The translations under genes and the position numbers were made by a program. A stretch of DNA of 64,000 nucleotides, taken from the NCBI GenBank assembly GCA_002633005.1, contig NMRA01000013.1, positions 1,330,618 through 1,394,617 of the forward strand. The letters run 5' to 3'. Below are positions 55,525 through 64,000 of the stretch, one piece after another (the first letter of the stretch is position 1; every line of letters begins with the position of its first letter). The notes below the pieces were generated by a model that was given only the letters and a program-made list of their open reading frames with translations, did not search any database and was not told the origin of the DNA. The stretch comes from Phoronis australis. Taxonomy: Eukaryota > Animalia > Phoronida.

Positions 55525-56381
55525 GAAATGTGTCATGAGGGTGTCTTTTTCACGATTTCTGAATTCATACTAATTAAGCTGGTTCCCATTGGTTTAATCC
55601 TATTAACTTAGAGGCCTTCTGGAATTACTATCTTGTATGTATTTTCATAAAATAATCCTGCATAAAAATGTTCCCCTTCGGTTTCATTCTGGCATTTTTG
55701 GCTAAAAACAAATTCCATAAGTTCACCACTACCCATATTTCTGTACTTTAATCAAATACTCTCACTCTTGTTTTGTAGTCATGTATGCAGTTTCAATTGT
55801 TTTTCGAAAATTAGTTGAAAATGTCTCCCTCATTGAATGTTTCTTTGTTGTTTTTCATGGTCAACCCCTCGCTGTTCTGAGCTATCTCGTCAGATGACCA
55901 ATTCATGGGTAATTCAATCCATCTCAGCTCAACTGTGAAATCATTATGACCATCTCTAAGGCTTTGTTCAGCATCTCTGGTGGCCTCTCACCAAGCCTTT
56001 AATTTCTTCAAACAATGATAGTCATTCAATGGTTGATATTCAGTAGCCAGAGATAAGTGAGTCTTAATTGCATTGTTTAGGAATTGAATAACACTGTGGG
56101 GTTTGGTCTTGTTTGTGTCAACAAATAGATAGCTTAAGCTTCTTCCTTATCTTTAAATTAGTTTGAGTGAGAACAGAAGTCTTAGCCTCTTCTTCTGTGT
56201 ATAATGGTTGCAAAGAATGTTTTGGATGGGTTTTGAGTAGGTTGAGATGCTCTCTGGCATTCCTCTGTGCTGAGATATTGTTTTGAGGTTCTGAGGTTTG
56301 TCCTTACGTACTGTACTCTTGCCAATTTATGGCATAATATAGTGAGTTAGTAAAATTTAACTTTTTTTCATAAATGAACCA

Positions 56382-56819
56382 CAGGGTCTCCAGTCCAATT
56401 TTAGGATCGAATGTCGGCCTCGTTGCCCTCTCAAAAGTATTAAAAAATGAGGTGAAATTCTCCTCATGAGGTCCAAAAATTCCCCTCAAGTGATTAAAAA
56501 ATTTCCATCAAGGTAAGAATTTATTTTACTTTTGCAAAACATTAGATTTGGCCACTTGAGGCGATTAGGAGGGGGAATTGGTGGTGACAAGAAAGGAGGG
56601 GGCGGAATTTCCCCAACCAAAAAAATTCCTCTTATAGTACCTTCTAGGTTGGAATCACTTGTAACTCACACAGGCGACGGTTTGAAACAGCACAAAAGGT
56701 TAGTTTTGGCGACTTGAAGCAGAGCCTTAGGACTGGCGACAAGAGTGGGGTTGCTATTGATGGTGAAAAGGGGGGAGAATTTTCCCCTCACACAAAAACT
56801 ACCTTCTCATAAGACGCTG
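56382..56819. mobile_element. Possible non-autonomous DNA transposon remnant
   Basis: CAGGGTCTC ... AGACGCTG ends and repeated GGGGAATT / AATTTCCCC subterminal motifs; no TSD seen. Confidence 0.35.
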
Positions 56820-57916
56820 GCAATATTCCTCTCAAGTGAACAAGAGCCCTGGCCCATAGCACCAAAATGATCCTTTGTCATATTCAAGTTCTGTACTATA
56901 GTTGAGTTACCAATAGACGAAAAATTTGGGGCATTCGCGACAACACCAGAAGCTGTGTAAAAATAGTTGTGGTGGTTATTTTTTGTCCAAAATTGGTGAG
57001 ATTTTTTTATTGGATATGCGAACATGGAATACTGAAAAAGTCTCAGCTGCAATATTGTAACACCTGTTTCATTTAAGTATGGACTGACACCTCCACACCA
57101 CAAACTGTATACATCACCACCAGAGGTCGTTAGTTAAAAAGTGCTCATTCGTTTTCAAAGTACTGAGTTAGACTTCCAGAATAGTCTCTGGACCTAAGAC
57201 CTCTCTTACGCGCCTGGTGTTGCATAAATCTTGCAGATTCTTTTCTTCTTTTTGGAGGAAAGCCATCGTGCTGCCCTGTCTCTGGGTTAAATTTGTGCAT
57301 TGAGCACCCATAAACTGAGGGTCGGTCTTCAAAAACGAATTATCAGTGTTAATTGTATTTTCCATTTTGCCTTGACTTTTTTATCATGTAAGTGGAAATA
57401 CAATATTTTCTTTTGAAAGCAGCATCGATTTTCAAATTCCTCGTTACTAAAATTATCTTGCATTGATATGTTCATGTTTTGCCTCTTTCAAATATATTGC
57501 CTGTTTTGAAGACTCATGTTTACATTTATGAATCATATTAGAAGCCGATACTTTTAGTGTGCGTATAACTGTGTTGCATATATTATCTCAATGTGTCTGT
57601 TCCTTTGTTACCTTGATTGTATTTGCAAATCAGTCAGAATTATTTGCATTTCCTCATCATTTATTCACCAATTATGTCACGGTCAATTTCGCGATTACCC
57701 GCTCATTGGTTTTTTGTCTACGTCCACCGCAAAGTATCGACCAGTGTTCCAGTGTAAGATATGGATTTCTGTGCCATCTATTATAAATCAACCATTTGGT
57801 AATCAGGAAACAATAGCTTTTTAATTATTATATCCATTGTCAGGGGCTCCTGGTTTTGTCTACGTGATTTTCTATTGGTTTTCTACTAAGTACAACTTTG
57901 CTCGTTTCTGCTCCAG

Positions 57917-58030
57917 AGGTGGCTTTGTTCATCGAGACCGTGAACGTTTCATTGCAGACCTGTTTTGTTGGGCTCTGCCAATTTTAAAACGCCAACCAGA
58001 TGGTGCTTATGGAAATTTAGGCTTCTTCGA
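57917..58030 (+). CDS. Candidate 114-bp symmetric (phase 2-2) cassette exon of IQSEC (GGFVHRDRERFIADLFCWALPILKRQPDGAYGNLGFF-E)
   Basis: TACTAA-like branch point, pyrimidine tract ctttgctcgtttctgctccag|, open frame and GA|GTGAGT donor. Both phases fit the flanking exons. Could instead be a non-coding first exon. Confidence 0.45.
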
Positions 58031-58891
58031 GTGAGTGGGACAGTTTTTGTACTTTGTTTGGATCTCCCGTAGGTTGCCGACGTAAGAGGCTAGCAGAGTG
58101 ACGCAAGTTGAGGGAAATGGCCATCTAATTTGTAGCCCAACACCTAGCAGCCAGTGTATCTAGTTTTAAGTCATTAGAATTCTGTTTCCCTAATGATCAA
58201 TTAAGTGGACAGTGAAGAATGTTTTGTTAGACTGTTATCAGTGTGTGAGGTGTGGGTGGGTGATGGGGTTGGCAAATTTGCCACTGTGGAGATTTTGATT
58301 TTCAGACACAAAAGCGTTATATGAGGTTTCGGCTTGATGTGTTCTGTGTGGTGATGCTTTAGCTCAGTAGTTCTGATTGACAAGTTCGTTGTCTAGCTGA
58401 ATAGGCAACAGTCAACTCTTGTGGTGATTGATTACAGATGAAAAAAATGGCGAGTCGTTATTTTGAACTTAAATACACTACTGGTGTGTTTGTTGTAGGA
58501 ACACTTTTGTAAAGATGGTCAGATTTTTGGATACATTTTCCTCATAATTTTTTACATTTCCTCCTTTTGTTCTTGAGAGTTATAATTGCAGTTGTGACAT
58601 TGCTAATTTATCAATTCATCGAGCGCAGTAATCTGGTCCTATCATGAGAGTATTGTCATGTGGCATTCTGTAGTGGCATGAAGGATTGATAAGGTCTTTC
58701 AGATTCTGTTACAAAGGAACTCCTTCTTTTAATTTCTATGCTTTCTCAAAATAGCTTTGACAGGCTCACTAATAGATCTTTTATTGTCGTTGCTTGACAG
58801 AAAAATGTCTGCCTGCCTTGCAATGAAAGGCTGTTGCTTCTAAATTTCAAGTATGGATGTAAGTTGAAAGAACCGTCTTATCTATTTACAG

Positions 58892-60259
58892 ATCACTGTT
58901 GGAAAATCAGAAGCTTCCTGCTGCGTCACAAGCCAGGTCGGCGCCGCTCCAACGAACAGCATCCGTGACTGGTCCTCAGGTGCCACCTAGAGCCAACAGT
59001 CTGCGCACATCACGTAGTGTAAGCAGCAATGCTCGATTACAACGGCAGCGCTCTCTCAAAAAGGAGGACGAAAAGCTAAAGCGAAATCGCCGGTCTTCAC
59101 TAAACTACGAACTGTCGCAGGATTTGCGTGACAAGCAGGTGGAGATGCTAGAGAAAAAATACGGTGGCTCAATTCGGTCGCGTCATGCAGCGCGTACCAT
59201 TCAACAGGCGTTCCGCCAGTATACGATGAACAAGAACTTTGAGCGACTGCGGCAGAGTGCAAAGGGTGAGAAACGGCTCGAGAGACGCTACACAGAGTCG
59301 CGCCTCATGAGGTCCGACTCGATCTGGGATGACATTGTGATTCCAACTTCAGAGTCCGACACAATGACGCCTGTTCTTTCTCGCTCTGACAGTCACCGAC
59401 CAAGGAGTTTGGTTAATGACGAGAATTTCAACGCTCATCGAGAGCATCCAAAACAAAAAGTAATCTTCCAGCGAAGCAAAGCTTTGTCCACAGATGATTC
59501 AGAATCAAACAACAATAAAAAGTCGTACTCGGATTTTGTTCAATCGCTAGAACGAAAGGACCTCAGCGTTGTCTTTGATAACGGCTTTGACAGTAAAGAC
59601 ATGAATCTTCTCAATGATTCGTTTGACAGCCCGCACGGTTCAGGGTCACTGACACGGGCAGTACGAGAAACGGATATCACTTATGAGGACTACAGTGTGT
59701 CATCCAGTGCTGATGTCAGTAGACAGTCGAATAGCACATCGATCGACCAATGGTCGTTCAATCAGTCCCTAGACCAGTCATGTGACCAGTCCCTAGATCA
59801 AGCTAGACTGGCCTACACAAATAGTGAGGTGAAACTGCGTAGTAAGAACAAACCGAGTGACCTAGATCTGAGTGTAGGTAAACAGGACCAAAAAGGAGGC
59901 CCGCCGAAAGAGTCGCCGATATGGAAACGGAAAACGGCGATCCCGCCTAACGTTGCCAAGGAGGATAGTAAACGCATGAGTAACATATCGGAGGCTAGTG
60001 AGGACAATAGTGTCGATGGCCGATTGTCGAGCAGTTCGAGTTCGGCCACAAGCCTCACTGGCGATAGCAGTGTCGGTTATCAGAGACAAAGTAGGCCAAG
60101 TTTAGGCGATTCGAGCCTGGGTGACGGCTCCATTGGTAAAGACCTGGAGAGGACGGACTCCCGTAGCCGGGAGCTTGGGCGCACTGAATCGTTGAAGCCG
60201 AAAATGTCGGACAAGCAGAGAAAGAGGCAATACAGAATAGGGCTAAATATGTTCAACAA
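58892..60259 (+). CDS. IQSEC: IQSEC/BRAG/schizo Arf-GEF, large exon with IQ motif, Ser-rich linker and start of Sec7 domain
   Basis: 454-aa ORF contains [45 protein letters not shown] (IQSEC IQ region) and ends [14 protein letters not shown] (Sec7 start). Acceptor tctatttacag| at 58891; donor AA|GTAAGT at 60260. Length 1368 bp, phase 2-2. Confidence 0.95.
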
Positions 60260-60497
60260 GTAAGTTGTATCAAACACCAGGATTTAATTCAAATTTTGCC
60301 TCCTTCCCTCTTAAAGTTTGGATCTATATTTAAATCTCACCAAGTTAGAATGTAATATGGCGAAAATAATACTTTTTCATTGGTAAAGATGACAGTATTA
60401 CCAAATAAAAACGACATCTATGCTAGCTATTTCTGTCCGAAATTGGTGAAGTATTACCACTAGTGGCTCCTTTGATGAGGATCTGCAGTGTTAGAAG

Positions 60498-60590
60498 AGG
60501 CAGCACGCTCTAGTGGTAGAGTGTACAACTCCTAGTCAAAAGATTGTGGGTTCACATCTCACGAGAATGCACTTCTATACCCTTGAGCCT
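60498..60590 (+). mobile_element. tRNA-derived SINE head fragment
   Basis: CTCTAGTGGTAGAG (A-box-like), GATTGTGGGTTCAC (B-box-like), followed by a tacccttgagc SINE-core-like motif. Confidence 0.5.
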
Positions 60591-61280
60591 GGTCACATTT
60601 TTGGTTTTAGCGTGGATAATTTGAGCAAAATTTCATTCCATATATCTTTGATGTCTTCCAGTACTTGATTATTGTTAAAGTTCTTGGGTGCTTGGATTTT
60701 TACCACTTCCGAATGGTTTTGATTTTTTTGGGCTTGAAACTAGACAAGATTTTAGTGCGAGTTCTGATTTTTTCCACCAACACTTTCATGTCATTCGATT
60801 GGCAATGTTATTGATTTGTTTTCGGGTGGCATCAATTAAATTTTCCGTGATTACTGTTAGACAATGGCTATAGTGACACTTGTCCAGCATTTGAAAATTT
60901 ATGGTCACTTCTTTGTCATAATCTTCAGTGATTTACCAGGATAAAATTTTTCCTTGTTTTTGTTAGATTGTTGTCGGTCGATATTACATCTTTTTTACCA
61001 CGGCTAAGGTGCAGTCTGTAAGCTTATCATGCACGTGTTTTGAGTTCGTTATTTCGCCTGTAGTGCAGTTCAATTAGATGGCTTTATTGGCTTCTCTGTG
61101 TCTCCGTGACATCCGGAGATGTTTGTCTGATTACAATCACATTTCTAACAACTACTAGTACCAGTAACTGACACCTACTCACACCAGCAGGTTTCCGGTG
61201 AAGAAAATCAAAACGTCTGCGAATTATACGACTTCTATTTGTCGTAAATACAAAGATTTTGAGAAATTACGTTGCGTCGT

Positions 61281-61390
61281 ATGGATGATTCTAGCTCAAG
61301 TTCTGGATCTTTTCAAAGGACTGTAAGATGCCTTAAACCCGTCATAAACCTGAATTTAATCACAAGACTAACAGATGTAGACCATTTACG
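61281..61390 (+). CDS. Weak candidate internal alternative first exon (MDDSSSSSGSFQRTVRCLKPVINLNLITRLTDVDHL-R)
   Basis: 36 open codons from ATG to CG|GTAATG (phase 2, same as the donor at 60260). Sits in a CpG-enriched patch with TTCCGG at ~61193. Confidence 0.3.
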
Positions 61391-62926
61391 GTAATGAACT
61401 CGAGTTCATGTTTATTCGTATTGGGTTTGGCAAAGACTAGGTTTGACCGTCATAGCGGGTCATGTGTGCCGACCGTGGTCTCTACAATCTGTCAGTTCTT
61501 TCCTAGCCCACGATCCATTTGTGAAGGTGACTAAGAAATAAGTTGAAACTAGCAACTTAAATTAAAAGGCTAATGCCCATGGTGTTCAGTTGGTAAATTC
61601 AATAATCAAAGGATGAAGCCAACTGTGGGTGGTTAAAAGCAAAATTTATATTTTTGAAAACACTAAATTTTCAATGTATGCCCAAAATTGGTATGTTAAA
61701 ATCTCATCAATTTAGGATACAATATCTCAGACACGGGAAAGTTTTTATTAGCTCCAAATTAATGCTTTTCCATTTCCAAGTTCTGTTTCATAGTTATCGT
61801 TGGACAATTTGATAAATACTGGATATTCGTGACATTGTTGGAAGCCATTGACGAATGAAAATGAGCAATTTGGCAATTATTTTTTATGAAAGCAGTGACA
61901 TAAAACCATAACTGATTTTGAGTATTAGGTTCTGTTTGTTGAAAGGGTGTTCACTAGTACAACAGAGTGTCATTGGGTTATTATGCACATTTCCTCATGA
62001 ATGTGGTGTCTAAAAGCACACCTTTGGAATTTAGACAACAGATGGCTCCGTTGGTGTTATCTGGATCTGAAGACTGTTGAGCACTGAGCCAGAGCTGTTA
62101 CATAACAGTCAAGTACTGGGTGCCATCTCTTTCCGTGGAATATCCCTGGTCTTCACATTATGGCATATCTCTCTGGGCGTGTGGCCGATGTGCTTAACAT
62201 TAAGAGGGCTGGTTGACATGTTGAGACAGTTGCATCCATTTCTATTTGGACAAACAGATGGGCATCTGGTACACTCATAGTGTGATAGATGGCAAAGGCC
62301 ATTCTTATTCAGTGTAGCTGTGAGGTAATGAAACAGGCCTGTTACTTGATGGCAACTAGGTATTTGGTAGACAGAGGTATAATGCAATACAGTTTCCANT
62401 CATCTTCGTCATCATCTCTGTCGTCGTCTTTTCTCGTCCTCTCGAACGTGTTTTTTTGGTTAATTTCGCCAAGTTTCGCTCCTCAGAGCGCTTTCATTTT
62501 AAGTTTTGCGCAATTATCGCAATTATCGTGCTATCAAATTGCCGCTGTTGTATGGTGAGAGGATCAAACGAATCGCTTGAAAATTTCCATTGTCCCAAAA
62601 CATCTCTGAGTGATTGAAATTTGTCCCGGTCCACTCTGCCCATTTACACGCTATACTTCAACATTAGGACGAGGGATTAGATAGTTTCCTGCACTCACAC
62701 AATGCTACAGAGAGCTATGTATTGAATAGTGCCAAAGATGATACTGTGTATAAATACTGTGTATAAACAGTTAAGGTCAGCTAAATGTTCATCGTTTTCA
62801 AAGGGGAGTGCAACCATTTTTGTCAGGTTTAGTACAAATACAGAATTTAGACAGAGTCAAAAATTACTCGTAAACTCCCACTTAGCTAATTACATCACTT
62901 TTTGGTCATAATAGGATCAAAACACA

Positions 62927-63091
62927 GACAATCGTCGCACAAAGGAAAAATTTTTTATTGATTCGACGTTTCGTCTATTCATTAGACATCATCATGTTAT
63001 ATGAACAATAAGACGTCAAGTGTTGACATACGAGTCAGGTTACGTCCATGAAGTGAAATGAGTGAATTTTTTCATTTGTGCGGCGATTGTC
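62927..63091 (-). mobile_element. Penelope-like terminal repeat relic with degenerate minimal hammerhead ribozyme
   Basis: Minus strand 63000-62961 reads aTGATGA-t-GTCTA-atgaa-TAGAC-GAAA-CGTC, then AATAAA. Flanked by an inverted pair at 62927-62952 / 63065-63091. Confidence 0.55.
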
Positions 63092-64000
63092 CGTTTTTTT
63101 ATCTCACATAACTATTACTGAATACAGTTTTGCCACATGATTTTTGAGCTCATCACTGAGTTAAACAATAATTATTGCAAATCAACTGATTAAAGTAGCA
63201 ATTATGGATGTAGTACTAGGCTGAAGGTGCATTCAAGTATTTTTCAAAAACAGTTGTGTGTTAAAGTGAAGGTTCTGACTTGTAGCAGTTTAAGACACTC
63301 CATTGAACAGGAGCTGGGAAGAATTAGACAATTAGTGCAGTGGATGAACACATGAGGTTTGAAACACAGGCCTCACAAGTGATTAAATCTGCAGCCTGAA
63401 CTACTTATGTAACAACAGCTTTAAATCCAACATCCATCACAAAAATCAGCTTTTGATTTAGACCTAACTTGTGTATCAAATGGGTCCTTCGTGAAATCTG
63501 AGGTGATTTCAGGATTTCGACAGAAATGCAATTTCTTCATTGCGTGAGACCGTGCTCTACAAGTTGGCTTATCACTGCGTGTCATTTTATGCACCAAGCA
63601 TGGGCACTAAAGATAATGAACTGCCAGTTCCTTGCAAACACAGAAGTCACTGGCCATCTGTGTAAGGAACAAGCTGGGATCACATTATAGCATTAGCAGT
63701 CTAAATAAAAAATTTGCTTCTTAGACTGATGTGGGTTTTAAACTTTTAGCCACTTAAAACTTCAATCTACGATTCTGAGAGTTCGCTTCTTTAATTGCTG
63801 GGATGGGCTTATCCTGATGCATACGCGAGAAACCTCACGCCCCCAGTTAAAGCCACTTAACATGTTAATGTTGTGTTTGCTGCTGCCAAGGTTTCTATCT
63901 GAAAAGCAGCTGTAAATCTTCGTGTTAGATTACCAATAATTCTTTCTCCATTGCATGTAGCATGAGCTCAAATACTAAATTTCATTGATTGATTACCTGG

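Larger units (their letters stand above)
5080..58891 (+). other. 53,812-bp phase-2 GT-AG intron of the IQSEC gene (longest isoform)
   Basis: GTGAGT at 5080 and CAG ending at 58891; the flanking exons join in frame. No convincing independent gene inside. Confidence 0.7.

Noticed and set aside
56466-56518. ATG frame of 15 codons ending in a phase-2 AG|GTAAGA donor
   Set aside because: Lies inside a probable transposon remnant, is short, and has no promoter features.
59056-60277. Antisense ORFs overlapping the large exon
   Set aside because: Shadow ORFs of the GC-richer IQSEC coding sequence.

Overview
AT-rich, intron-dominated animal (invertebrate-like) genomic DNA, not prokaryotic. Almost all ORFs in the supplied track are noise. 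The window holds the 5' part of one + strand gene, an IQSEC/BRAG/schizo-family Arf-GEF. A coiled-coil N-terminal exon (4910-5079) is separated by a 53.8-kb phase-2 intron (5080-58891) from a 1368-bp exon (58892-60259), which encodes the IQ motif and the first residues of the Sec7 domain. The rest of the gene lies beyond the window. The most interesting signal is a set of short segments inside the giant intron that end in phase-2 GT donors and would splice in frame to the large exon: ATG-initiated candidates at 33629, 41479 and, more weakly, 30567, plus a 114-bp symmetric cassette at 57917. Together they suggest an array of alternative N-termini. The introns also carry MITEs and foldback elements, tRNA-derived SINE heads, a Penelope-like hammerhead relic, tandem repeats and a probable haplotype-duplication artefact at an N. 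I see no evidence for a wholly new multi-gene system. The isoform models are inferences that need RNA data.
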